Below, in pieces: positions 51,945 to 64,000 of a stretch of 64,000 nt of DNA; the stretch's first letter is position 1, and every line of letters begins with the position of its first letter. The DNA lies in NCBI GenBank assembly GCA_002189035.1, contig NEEC01000013.1, positions 1,550,001 through 1,614,000 on the forward strand. Reading direction: 5' to 3'. The notes below the pieces were generated by a model. It worked only from the letters and a program-made list of their open reading frames with translations, was not told the DNA's origin and searched no databases. The translations under genes and the position numbers were made by a program. The stretch comes from Utricularia gibba. Lineage: Eukaryota > Plantae > Magnoliophyta.

Positions 51945-53508
51945 CTAATCAACGTGATGGAAATCAGGGAAAAGTGAACTAATGAAGCCAAAGACGAACA
52001 GCCTTATCTCTTTTACCAGTGCCCGCCAGCGGTTGCCTGCTTCGTCTTGGGGAGGTTGTCCACCGGGATGATTACCCCTAGAACCATCGTTCTGCTGATT
52101 CCCTTCTCCTATAAAATGAAGCATCAAGTGTAGTTTAGATAAGCATCGGTTCTGGTTCAAGGGCGGGGCTCAAGAAATTTCAAAATCTATGTGGTGCAGC
52201 ATCAGTCTGGTAACAGTTATTTCTTAAACTATGTGGATACTTTTACAGATGCCGTGCAAGAGATGAGGGTCTTGTGGCATGGTGGATTCAGTAGTGGGGT
52301 TTAAATTCCGAAGGAGGAATAACATGCATGTGTGCTAGACTAGATACGTACCTGCAGCATTTTCATTGCCTTGTGCCCCTACAGCATCTATATTCTCAGC
52401 TCGACCTGGAGCCATGGGCGGCCGGGGAGGCACAGCTGGACGTTGTTGCATGCCTTGTGACAGCCATCGCAGAAAAGGTGTGAGAGCTCCAGTTTGATAA
52501 CTGTGCCAAGAAACAGAAGGATTGAGTAAGCAGAATTCAAGGTAAACGAGCAGAAACTAAACACTAGCTACAAGAAGCTATTACTCACAGGTAGACAATG
52601 ACAGCTAGAAACACCAGAAGAGCGAGTCTTTGTTTGGATCCATCATGGTTGAACAAGAAAATAACTGCCATCAATTTCAATATAAGAAATAAATCAATCT
52701 GGAAAGCAACTTGAAATCTTCTAATCACGACTCGTCTTTGAGGTCCAGCTTGTTGTTGCTCTCGGGGTTCCTCCCCAGCTCGCACCTGCGCACCACCGGG
52801 CTCACTGTTCCCCGTGGAAGTAGGCTGTCTGATAAAACACCAAGAACAATCAATATTGATTTATAAAATCTCCCAGGTTCACAAGAAACACTAAATGCAG
52901 CGAGCCACTAATTCAAAAACCGCATAATTCTTTTCGAAACCATGCATATTCCAATATTCAACAAAGGGTCGATCAGAATCTAGGATAGTTTTAACAATCC
53001 ATAAAGTTGTACCACAATGCAGGAAACATACGTAGGCAAGTTGTAAGTAAAAGGAACTAGTGTTGGGGTCTGATAATCCCCAGCCGCACGCATAAACGGA
53101 TTAACAGAAACAGCGTAAAGACCACGGCCTCGATTCATCTGCTCCTGATCATGTTGCGGAGTCGCTAACCAAGGAAAAAACTCAGGATACACGATCGGCA
53201 TACGAGGAAAATCAATATTTCGAGATATCGAATCATCAGATAAATTCCCCTGCATCAAGAAAAAGCTATACCGCCTTAGGTAAATGAAAAAACCGCAGGA
53301 TCTTAAAACTCAATATACAATTATACCAATCAGAAATGCTGTTTCCATCAATTTCCTTTCAAATCACAGAACATCCACCTCGTTGAAGGCCTACTGAACT
53401 AAAAACAAATAAAAGAATCAATACCTGAGACTGGTCACTAGAGTTCTCAGAAGCAGATTTCTCCGGCGAGGATGAGGTCGAAGGTTGAAATTCAAGCCCT
53501 TTCTCCAT
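51945..53508 (-). CDS. Conserved uncharacterised plant membrane protein (At4g29960-like), multi-exon
   Basis: Exons encode MEKGLEFQPS..., GRGLYAVSVNPF, RRVVIRRFQVAFQIDLFLILKLMAVIFLFNHDGSKQRL...YLYQTGALTPF and C-terminal VKEIRLFVFGFISSLFPDFHHVD. The family assignment is from recall. Confidence 0.75.
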
Positions 53509-54251
53509 TCCAAAGATCTCTCCGGTGAATCGAACAGCTAAGATTCAGTATCTCTCGCTCTTCAACTGTTTTCTCTTCACCTCTTCTCGAATTTCTTGTT
53601 ATTCCTTTCCCTATCACTCTAGACAGCAAGAAACCCTACGTGGCTCCTCGCTCCGCAACCAATCTCAGATTGCCACGTCAACGGACAAAACGCAAAGGTA
53701 CAACGATTGGAGCACGATGTACATAAAACAGCACTGCTTATAATAAAAAGATTATGAGTTGACTAAACTGCATATTGGAACTGAATCACATTAAATTCCT
53801 TTTCATTTAATATTTTCCTGTTACAAAATATTGCTTTTTTTTTTTTTTTTCTTTTTGCGCAATGGCAGAGTTGCCTTTCAGAAGCCTTTGGTGTGCATTT
53901 TCTGCGGCTAGAGCAGGGAATCAGGCCATTGGAAACAACTGAGTTCCATTAAAATACATAGTTTATCTGCTAGTGATGCAGAGCAGATGCCAAGGAGGAG
54001 TTGCATCTCCCAGTTCCTTCTTCCTTCATCATCGTTCTCTTGTTACGCCTGATATTTACAACTTGACAAACAGCACACAGATGAGAGGTTTCATTAGTAC
54101 AGGAATGCAAATGGATCGAGAGCACAAACTGAACAAATCGGTATAAGTTGCTGCTGACAACATGAGAAGAGTTGGGAGATGGAGATTGATGATTCGTATT
54201 AGCAGAAAAAGAACATATGACTCACCCCAGGAGATGGAAAATGATGTATCC

Positions 54252-55287
54252 TTACACCTCCCCAGATGTCGAAGATCCATCCACATTGTCTTTGTCCTCT
54301 TGAGCCTCAAGTTCCATAGCTGGAATTGGATGGACAGGTGAAGCGCCTGTAGGGAAACCATGAACGTGGTGAACATGAGCACAACAACAGTAGTTTTTCC
54401 TAGTTCCTCAAAGCAAAATACATGTTTCAGATAGTACATGCGGGAGAAACTCTTTTGGTTAACCACATGACCATATCATATGCATTACAGGAATTTACAG
54501 CACCTAGCTTGAAAGCTGAAGAATGCCCATGAAGAAGTGCATTCATACAAAAGCAACAAGCTTGGATATCTAAGGGGAAATACTTAAATCGATCTGATAG
54601 GAACTTTTGATAACTTCCAGTCTAAACACTTTAGTCTATCCGGTGTAAAAGGAATCCTTTTAACCATCAGCGACCACATTCTAGAATTCAAATAACTAAA
54701 TGAGAAATCACCGACTGCATTTCACTGAAACATACGTGACAAGGGGAAATAGGAAGTTGCAAGCTTTTTATTTCATCATCAAAAGGCCATCCCTAGCAAA
54801 GAAACCAAACCAAGAGAACAATCACAAATAAATCATCACCTTCAATGAACACAGCCGACGAGGGCCAGCCCTTGTTTGACGTAAGCGACATCTGTTGATC
54901 ATCTGATAATTCATGGGTTAGATTCCTCGCCTCACCAGGGGAACCCAATTTGCAAATCACGTCAACCATTTTCATGGCGTGACGATTATGCAAGGCGGAT
55001 GGTCTCGCCGGCACCCAATACGAAAATCCAGGAAGAAAAGGCAGCCAATCTGGTGCTGCTCGGCGTATTATTATCCCTTGAATCGTGTCATCAAGCCTGT
55101 TGAGTCCAACAGAGATTACCTCCCCCATTAAATCGCCTGAATCTTGCTGGGATGAAGACACGTCCACTTCGATAATCTGACCCTGGGGCGTTTTGGTTGA
55201 TCGGTGGCGCAGGTGGCTGATGAGGGCAACCGGTTGCCGGAGAGGAGTTCCGCGTACAGATTCCGAGAGAACTCTTGACATGGCCAT
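54252..55287 (-). CDS. Conserved uncharacterised plant protein, probably organelle-targeted, 2 exons
   Basis: Arg/Ser-rich N-terminus, conserved LDDTIQGIIIRRAAPDWLPFLPGFSYWVP and MSLTSNKGWPSSAVFIEG, then an intron and a last exon ending GSSTSGEV*. Confidence 0.75.
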
Positions 55288-55782
55288 CAAAGCAATGGAA
55301 TCAAATGATCCCAATTATCACAAGAAAATGGTTTCCATGGAGAGCAGAATCAGAGGAGTAGGTCAAAGTGGGCCGGAGGTAGATAGCGGGCTCAGATCAT
55401 TTGGGTGCATATTTGAGCCGAAGAAACAATGTCAGCCTCAAGTCAGAGCACGCTGAAGCTCCATCTAGCCCAAGATAGGCGAACCCTACAACCCCAACGC
55501 ATTTGTCAGTCATAACACTCCTGTTAGAGTGGAGATTCTCTGAACGGCGACCATTTCTCCGCCGCGAGATTGTTGCTGATCCCCTCGTCGGCGTTCAGGT
55601 ATGCTGCTTCCTGATTTCTCCTTGTTTTAAATATACGACATTCATTTATGAGATTTCTCTTCAAGGTTCGGATCGCTTGGTTTGTCTATGCTTATTGAAC
55701 TTTATTTTGTAGGAAACACTAAATAATAAAGAATCAAAATCCTCTAACGTTGAAAAAATCTCGAATCTTTGAATTACTATAC

Positions 55783-55915
55783 ATGCATAATGTTGTTTGG
55801 GCTCTCGATTTCATTAAACAGAATGCAGAGAGTTCTAAAATCCCAATCTACATCAAGAATTATAAAATCCTCTGCTTTCTCTTTGGTGACATCGAGAGCC
55901 CAAACAATTATGTAT
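55783..55915 (+). ncRNA. Candidate MIRNA-like hairpin (no known family recognised)
   Basis: 55793-55830 pairs with 55870-55907: 38 bp including a 17-bp perfect block, 3 single mismatches and 2 G:U pairs, with a ~39-nt loop. Confidence 0.45.
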
Positions 55916-56469
55916 ATCAAAAAATTCAAAGATTTGATCTTTCTAACAATATAAGTTTTGGCCATCTACAAATCGTGAACACCAAAGGTGACTTGCTACA
56001 AATAGACGGATGCATATGGATTCTAAATAGTTTAAAAGGTCCATCTATAATGAAATTTTGGTATATGGAAATTAATCAAACACATTGAATATATGGATGT
56101 TTAATTTTAATTGATTTGTTCATATACTAGAGGTTTTTGAGATCGAATTTGCATCCTCCTTCCTTACATGCAAAGCCTTTTGGGTTTCACATATTTTCTA
56201 GAAACCTAAATCAATCTAATAAATTAGACTTTATACACAAATGACAATCATCTCATCTTCAAACCTATTAAGGCTTTGTTCATCTTCAATCCAATGAAGG
56301 CTCAGCTCATCCTCTAAGAAGTTGACAGTCAAGAAATCAAAAGCATATTTTGGGAAATATATGTAATAACAGGTCATTTAACTTTCATTCCCATATTTGG
56401 TTTTGGCTTTTCCCAGTGTTAGGCTGCCTAATCATCAGGATACTTGGGTATCTTTCTTGAAATTTAACA

Positions 56470-57103
56470 GCATCTTCTTGTTCATGAAAGTTAGATCAAT
56501 GCTATGCACCCATGAACCAAGAAGATTCTGCAGCTTCTGTGACTTGGACAGGTATTTTTCTCACGGATGTAGACTTTCGTGGTGATCATCTGTTCAACGC
56601 CATGAACGATCTCCCATTCAGATCCTCAATGGTGTATGCATGAAAGTGAACAAGCCTGCAATGAACATGTTGCACAAAGTCGAGCCTTATGTTAGCTACG
56701 GTGACGTATCTTCTGGCTTTCAGCAATGAAACTTGACATCTCTTGCATTAACCAAATCTTTGCTTGGTTCCAGGTACCCTTATCGCAAGGAACTTGTTTA
56801 TGGAAAGGCAAACAAGCAGGAATCGCATCAGCAAGTGATTCATCTGCAGCATGGGAAGAACCTGAACTCTTGCCTGAGTGATACCACACAGGTTCTGGGC
56901 AACTGGGAATAATCTGTACAGAAGATCTCATACACGAGATTGGAAATGTCGGCTCGCATTTCAAGCAAGCAAGCAAGTTATTGTGGCCGTTCCAGCATAA
57001 AGCCCCTCTGGGTGAATTGAAGAAGACAAATCACTACGTGGAAGGTGGTGATGCTGGCAACCGCGAGGATTACATCAACGAATTCATCAGAAGGATGAAC
57101 TAA
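56470..57103 (+). pseudogene. RPL7: 60S ribosomal protein L7 (uL30) pseudogene retaining introns
   Basis: INAMHP*TKKILQLL*LGQ | [27 protein letters not shown] | degraded exon | [13 protein letters not shown]...[20 protein letters not shown]. In-frame TGA at 56513 and 56540; N-terminus missing. Confidence 0.88.
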
Positions 57104-57228
57104 CCATCTTGAACTCGCTAGTTCTTTAATTCTCTTTGATTCTCAACAGAAACACAAGTACAATTTTGATACACGGGAGATCCGTTCCAGTGTAATGGTT
57201 GATAGAAAGAGAGAAAAGCAAAATGTTT

Positions 57229-57447
57229 TCATAGATGATAAAGCCACTGGGATGACAAAACCAAGCGTTTGGAGCAGAGAGCGCAGAAATACTTCGTCTT
57301 GAAACTGAAGCATACCGTGAAACAGAAGCAGCATATTCCGGTGACCTTAAACTCCACCGCCTCCACTTCGCCGCCGCACTCCGGGCATCTCCCAGCCGCT
57401 TTCTTCCTCCCCACTTCCCTCTCCTCCTTCCCACACAACTTCCCCAT
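57229..57447 (-). CDS. Small zinc-ribbon protein (CPxCGG...CxxC, zinc_ribbon_15-like; often mis-annotated as methionyl-tRNA synthetase)
   Basis: EEREVGRKKAAGRCPECGGEVEAV...FKTKYFCALCSKRLVL matches the family pattern. Confidence 0.75.
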   Translation of the reverse strand: MGKLCGKEEREVGRKKAAGRCPECGGEVEAVEFKVTGICCFCFTVCFSFKTKYFCALCSKRLVLSSQWLYHL

Positions 57448-57662
57448 CGCCCCCGCTCCTTATTTCCACCGCCGTCACATAAAATGTAGGTGCTTTGTAT
57501 AAAAATAACCGCACCCGTTTTCCCCAAAAACGAAATATGACATGAAATGAAGAAAATCAATCATTTAACCAATCCGGTCTGACCGGACCCGATGAGGTCC
57601 GATCTCCCGGGTCATTAGGTTGGGAACGGGTACGCGTGGTGCTCTATGGACGAGAGACCGGA

Positions 57663-57751
57663 CATGCATGGGGGGGTTACCAATGATTGGATGACACGTG
57701 TTGCATTATTACTCAATGGAAATAACACGTGGTTCATCGTGTATCCACGTG
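57663..57751. promoter_or_regulatory. RY element plus three G-box/ABRE cores
   Basis: CATGCATG at 57663; CACGTG at 57695, 57726 and 57746. Confidence 0.5.
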
Positions 57752-58188
57752 TTGAAATTAATTGCGGCTTAATTAATCCTCATGAAATTTACACAGACAA
57801 GGCGCTTTCCAAAAGTGGAAGAAAATAGTAGATCCTGTCTGCATGCAGTATGCACTAAAGTGACCGGTCAACACATTTTGCCACCCAAATAAAGTTTTCT
57901 CCTCCCACCTGCTTCAAAAGCAGCTCTACTGCAATTCAAAAGAAACATGTTACCTATTTTTTTTTCAAGGGGGGAAAAAGTGCTTTCACTGTATGAACTA
58001 GAAACATTTTGACCCAACTGATTCGGTCAGTTTTGAAGTTATGGCATTTGGAGAGGTGTTCAGAGATGTATGTGGGAGTGTGGAGCCACTAGTTGAAACA
58101 TAGAAGTGGAATTGGAAAGCGTTCATCATTAGTGTACACCCCAAGAAAATGGAACACAGGAACCAGGAATATGTTAGAGCCAAGTGTT

Positions 58189-61100
58189 TTAGCCTGTCCA
58201 GGAAACTTGGATCCTTTTAGGAAGATTTGTCCCCATGAATCCATCATCTGAACATAGCCCCTCTCCTCCTTTACCCCCTAAACCAAGACTAATGCTAAAC
58301 CGTTTCCCCTCTGTATCTATTGTCCGGAAACTCGGCCTGAAAGCTTCCTCCAGCCATTGTTCAAACAATGTGTTGAGATAAAAACCGCACCCCTTGAAAA
58401 TTTCATCTAAAACTGTCTCATGGATGTTGAAGCTAGCGATGTTTCTGTTGCCACTGACCTCCTCATGGAAGGACCTCTTGATTTTTGATGCGAACATTTG
58501 TGTAGCTAGAGTTTCCTTGTCATTGTTCATCTCGAGCATGATTTGGCTCTTGATCATTTCCATGATTCTGAGCGATCTGCTCCTCGGAGTAGGAGCTTCG
58601 TCATCATCAGCTCTGCGGTTGAGGTCAAGGGTGTTGCTGTTCGTTTTCTTGGTCCTGATACCTTCTCCCCTGTTGGTGTCATAGTCATTTGGTGGGATCT
58701 TTTCAAACTCCAGTTTTCTTTGAGACTTGCTCACAGTTTGAGCGTCCCAGCCGGCCTTTCGTTTATGGAGCTGATCACTGATCCCATTGTCCATTGGAGG
58801 AGCTTCACTGATGACCAGTTTCATCTGGATCACAGAGTCCATCTTTTCAGTCTCTCCATCTACGCTTAAAATGAATATTGTTCTCTGGTCTTTCGTGAGC
58901 TTTTTGTGCTCAAAGATGTCAACGAGGAAGTTATCGAACTCCGGATCAGCAGAATCCACATCTTCAATAAGAACAACAAGCTTTTCATGGTGCCTCAATG
59001 CTTTCTCCAACACATCCTTTCCCAGAATTGCTGCTTTTGTATTCTCCCGCATTTTCATGTGAAAAATGCACTCGGAAGATCCGAAGTAAGACTCCGCAAT
59101 TCCGAGAGCCAATCTTCTTTTTCCTACTGAATCATTCCCTTGAATCAAGATAAACTTATCTTCAACAGGTGTACTGAAATCAGCTAGTAGCTGCAGAATC
59201 GAAGGGATGCTTTCACATTGCCATGGGACGTTTTCTTGAAGCATCAGGCTCAGATCCCCACCTAACTCAAGCTTCTCACTGGATACCTCATCAGCATACA
59301 TCGAGTTCCCGAGAGCCAGTGAAATCTTTACTTCCTTATCATCAGTCACTCTAAGGGAATCCAGGTTCGGTTCAAATGGTTGGTTTTTTGAACTGAAACT
59401 GAACTCTATGTGGCAAGACTGCTGTCTTCTGAACCATGGCAGAGCACTTGCCACTTGAGTCGGTTGGCACAATGAAACACCAAGTGGGATTGTTTCAGAA
59501 TCGGAAACGATGCTCTTCTTGCTTTGCCAAATTGAATACATCGTAGAATGATTCTGATTCCTCCATGGATAGGATTCTCCATCCATATCAGAAGTAAAGA
59601 TGTCCCTGTCATTGCTTCTTTGGTGGAGATTGCTGCACAGTTTGTTGTATTTTTTCCTCAGCTCCTGACAGTTGAAAAAAAAACAACAAAAGGAATCTTA
59701 GTGCATGTTAGAGCAAAGACAAAGAACCCCTTCTTGTACAACAGAACCACTTAGATACATAGGCATGCAATACCTTCATAGATGCCTCAGCTTCTTGTGG
59801 CTTCAACCAGAATGGTATTGGAGATGAACCATTTTCTTTAATATTGCTTGAGGAATGCAATGGAAAGGATTTAAGTCTAGCTTCCTTTTCATAGTTAAAC
59901 TTGCAGTCTTGGCAACAGGTTAGGATATCATCTTCCTCATTGAAACACAAGGATTTTCTGTCAAAATCTTGAGACTGGTTCTGAGGAAAGCTGATTAGTC
60001 TTGAATCCTGACCACTGAAGAAGAGTAATGGAAACAAATTAAACAAACAGTAAGTAGTGCACAGAATTTGAAAAATTGATAAGTTACACCAAACCATAGA
60101 AAGAATTTTCTTTGTCCTGTCATAGTCTGTTTATAACCAAATGGGAAAAACTTTAGAGTTTTGTCATTTTCTTAAATGGTCAAAAGAGCAAAGGATCCAA
60201 GAAAAAACAACATGACAATCTCTCTCTATCTCTTTCCATCTCTATTTGTCTAATCATGCTGTCAAGATGGGACAAAACCCGTGCTGGAACCACCATTCTC
60301 ATGAAGAATTTGCCCACTTAAATCTTCACCATAATGAGTTTCAAAAGAAAAAAACTCAAACATATTCAGCACCAAGAGTTGGTGGAGTTCAGAGATCAAA
60401 AGTTCGTTAAAAAAAGCTAGAAAATAAGCGACAAACCTTGTTGCATTGAGGGATAGTCCACTAGAAGGTAGATAAACTGGGTGAAGAGTCCATTGAAGAT
60501 CAAGAGGAGGTTTCCTCATCTGGCATTTCAAATAAGTTTGGTAACTAGCAGTAGCCATTAACCAAATCCTTTCACTGTACGAGTTGTAGGAGGAAAGCAA
60601 CTTAGCAATCTCAGAGACCAAATGATCAACAGGGCTGTAAAAAATGGCTTCTTTGACAAGACAATCGTCTTCCTTTTCAACTTCGCAGCTTTCAAGTGTC
60701 CATTTTAAGTCGCCTGTGTAGATAAGAACACCACCATCTGATGCAAAAGAATCAATTTTCCTTTTAAGATCAGAGATACTCACTTCAACTTCTTCTCTTT
60801 TCATGACCCTGAGAGGGAGTGATGAAAATTGAAACTTGATCAGATGGGCAGATTTCAATTCGTCGGGGACATCTCCATTCTCCAGTTTACCCATGAATTC
60901 TGCAATAATCCCATCAACCATGGATTGTGAATCACCAACGATGACTAATTTTCTCCCCCTTTTCCTCAGCAGAACATCAAAAACCACCTCAATTTCTTCC
61001 TTAAACAAGTAGGAACCAGAGATGGGGCTGGTTACAGGCTTGTTCAAAGTTGAAAAACTGAAATGGTTTTGGTCGGAGAGTAACCGGGAATGCCAGAAAT

Positions 61101-61713
61101 TTCGAGTGTTCAGGACTTCCTTTTGAGGTTCATTTGGAGGAGAACTGGGTGTGGAGTAAATCCCACCAACAGAATTGTAATACTGGAAAACAGAAGAAAA
61201 CGAGTTAGAATCTTCCAAGCAGTTCTTCACAAGTGTGCTGGAGAAACCAGCTTCCCTCATGACCCTGCTAACGCTAGGATCATCCAAAATAGACAAAATC
61301 AGCTGCTCCAGTTCAACTTTAACGGCGACTATAGGCTGCTGTTGCTGTTGCTGCTGCTCTATACAACCTCTTCTCTGATGAGCCTGCGCCCTTTTGAGAG
61401 CAGCAACAAGGGCATTTGACAACGAGGGCTGTGCGTGGAGCAGGGGAGACGCCGTCGCGGGAAGTCGGGTAAGAGCAACATTGAAACAGAGGTCAAGAGC
61501 TCTGCATTGAAGAGGATGAGAAGATTGATGAGGCTGAGATTTGAGACAGGCCCTTTTCAAAAGACTCGTCTTTGAACCCAATAAGGTGGCAGCGACATGC
61601 AGCGGCGTCACCTGCGCGTGGCCGCGCCGCCGCGCGAGTGTCAAAGAGTGTTTCAGAACCGAACCCGCCTCCGGCGAGAGCGTTTGCTGCGCTGCACAAG
61701 CTCCTGCACGCAT
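58189..61713 (-). CDS. SMXL4: SMAX1-LIKE 4/5 (Clp-type ATPase-related phloem regulator), multi-exon
   Basis: MRAGACAAQQTLSPEAGSVLKHSLTLARRRGHAQVTPLHVAATLL, SHPLQCRALDLCFNVAL, LEQLILSILDDPSVSRVMREAGFSS and the EAR-like TLDLN. It lacks the RGKT motif (QGNDSVGKRR), as in the SMXL3/4/5 clade. SMXL4 versus SMXL5 is not resolved. Confidence 0.9.
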
Positions 61714-63762
61714 AACTTGGAACCAAATCCCCACCCCCCAAATCCCCCTTCTACGATCTCACAAAACACAACCACAACTACTACAAAACTCCCCTTCTCC
61801 AAAGTCCCTAACAAGTTAACAATTCCCCCTCCCAACTCTAGAAACCAAGGCCCGTTTTCCAATAGGCAGCAATGCTTCCTCAACGAACGATAATGGCTTC
61901 ACCCCCTGAAACTCCTTAAAAGGGGAATAGCTAGTGGACGCTTTTGGGTAGCTGGATAGTGCGCTTTAACTTGAACCTATAACTAACTGTTGATCACTTT
62001 TTCCCCTCAACCATCCAAAACCCCTTTAAAATGTCTTCTGCATCTCCCAAAACTTCTTACAGTCCATTTGCGCCCTAAACTCGGACCACACTAAGCCATG
62101 ACAAACAATGCAATCACCATACAAAACCTTAAATCACCCAAAAAAATTGCCATTGATCGATCAGAAGGGTGCCGACATTTCTTTTTACTTTTTTCAAATA
62201 AACAACGCACATACAAATAAAATCAATGGGGGTGGTGGGGGGAACAAACACCAAAGGGCAGTCCAGCGACAGAGAAACAGGGAATGAAGGATATTCAAAA
62301 AGCAGCCAGTCCTCATAATAAAGAGCAAAAGGTGGGAATGAGCAGATAAAAAGAAGGAAATATTAAAAAGCGAGAAAAAAAAAGTATAATTTATTTATAT
62401 AATAAATTAATTATTTATTTGTCCTCCTTTTCTTTTTAGCCCTTTGCATGTAAATCCGAGTCTCCCCTCTTTTGACGCCAACCTCATCAAGTTTCTATTT
62501 TCTCGAAATTCGTATTACTTTTTTTTATTTCTACAAATAAATAAATAATCCAGTTTTTTGTTTTTTATTTCAACGGTAGATTTGATTATCAAAAAATTAT
62601 TTTATATTAAATAACTCACGCATGCTAATCATGTGTTTATTACATAATTATATTTAATACTATAATATATATTTAAATAATTTTTTATTTAATACTATAT
62701 TAATAATGATATAGTGAATTTAATTAATTTTATGATTATGAAATATAGGACTTGTTGTGTGTAAACAACTTTATAAAATAATTCTGTTTAATTTTTTTAA
62801 GATTCTAATATTTCATTGTTTTATAAATTTAAATTATGTAATTAACTTTAAAAATTATTAAATTTACCATTTTGTAATTAAATAAGATATTAATTCTAAA
62901 AATTATAATATTCAATTTTTATCTGTATTAAAAATATATTTATATCATAATGATAAATTTTACAATATAATTTAATATATTAAATTTATACTATTTTACA
63001 AAATAGTTTTATAATTTTAAAATTGATTTTATTTATATGATCTTAAAATTAATTTTATTTTATATTAATCACGATTTCAAATTACCCGAACGTTCCCATA
63101 ATATCAACTTTTTTAGTCTAAAAAAATTTTCTCTTATGAATACTTTTTTAAAATAATAATCTCTACAATATATATATATATATTTGTGTAAATAATCCTA
63201 CTTACATTTAGTTTGGATAAATTAAAATATTAGATTAAACGAAGGGTTGGATCTAGGGTTTCATGACCGGTTTATGGGAGACTGGTGATATTTTTGCACA
63301 AAATAATTAATTAATTTATTTGTCTTATAGATTAAAAATAAAAAAAATATGGAAAATTCTGAAAGCAGTCTAAAAAGCAACCCTGTGTCCTCTGGTCTCT
63401 CGCTCCTATTATTCCCTCGGCTTTTGTACCTTTTAAATCTGTCATTTTTGTTCTTATTTTTCCAGTCCCCCACTACATTTTTCTTTTTACTTTTCTTTTC
63501 TTTTCTTTCCTTTTTTTTATTTAATCAAAAGAGAACATAATCTTATTTCTAGGCGTGCTTCGGGATCGGTGAGATTTGTTTACTGAGACATCCATAATAT
63601 TTTAATATTTTCATTTTTTAAACAAAAATAATAATAATATGAAAATAAAAAGGAGTTTTTATTGATCCAATAAAAAGAAACACTCACCCCCTTTATTTAT
63701 ATTTTTCTTTTTGAAAAAAAAAATTACTATTCTTAAATGTTTCTTGATTTTTACCACTTGTG

Positions 63763-64000
63763 TTAATTATTTTGTTGACGTGGCTTCCTTCTTTCTTGAT
63801 ACAGTAAAGATTCTGGCATTCACCGCCTGGCTGATTTGGTACGGTTTTTTTACAGCAACTTTTTTACCAGGAAAATGGAAATGGAGAGAAGAGACAGGGT
63901 GATGAAGCCTCTCATCTGCGCTTCTTTCTTCACCTTCAACTTTTTATTGCCTGACACCGCCACAGTGATGCAAAGAAATTTACCTGGCGCTGGCTGCTCC
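63763..64000 (-). CDS. Probable last exon(s) of a gene truncated by the window edge
   Basis: Open frame ...DERLHHPVSSLHFHFPGKKVAVKKPYQISQAVNARIFTVSRKKEATSTK* with possible splice signals nearer the edge. Product not recognised. Confidence 0.3.

Noticed and set aside
57998-58183. 61-aa hydrophobic ORF directly after the SMXL stop
   Set aside because: Starts 6 nt after the stop, so it is most simply 3' UTR.
1-64000. CRISPR arrays, rRNA, tRNA and prokaryotic systems
   Set aside because: None seen; the window is intron-containing plant nuclear DNA.

Overview
Plant (eudicot) nuclear DNA with about 17 protein-coding genes in 64 kb, mostly short (~80-100 nt) introns and AT-rich spacers. An asterid, possibly Lamiales, origin is a weak inference from the compactness and the GH1 type. 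Genes in order: DEX1, a DUF3774 wound-responsive peptide, a kinase-less L-type lectin membrane protein, PAR1, glyoxal oxidase (GLOX), a mitochondrial carrier, a SUPERMAN-like C2H2-EAR zinc finger, SAUR, a SAC phosphoinositide phosphatase, a RING-H2 ligase, an SPL factor, cycloartenol synthase, a GH1 beta-glucosidase, two conserved unknown proteins, a zinc-ribbon protein and SMXL4/5. Also present: sucrose synthase and RPL7 pseudogenes, an internally deleted copia remnant and a possible solo LTR. Four otherwise intact genes (GLOX, carrier, SPL, CAS1) are each broken by one missing G/C in a homopolymer run, which points to assembly error rather than biology. The best candidates for something new are (1) an ~80-bp inverted duplication of a sucrose synthase exon forming a hairpin, (2) an unrecognised MIRNA-like hairpin in the putative first intron of the RPL7 pseudogene locus, (3) a ~2-kb GC-balanced island with an orphan 353-codon ORF next to the zinc-finger gene, and (4) a 3'-degenerate miR156 site in the SPL gene. 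All family calls come from recognised motifs; no database search was run.
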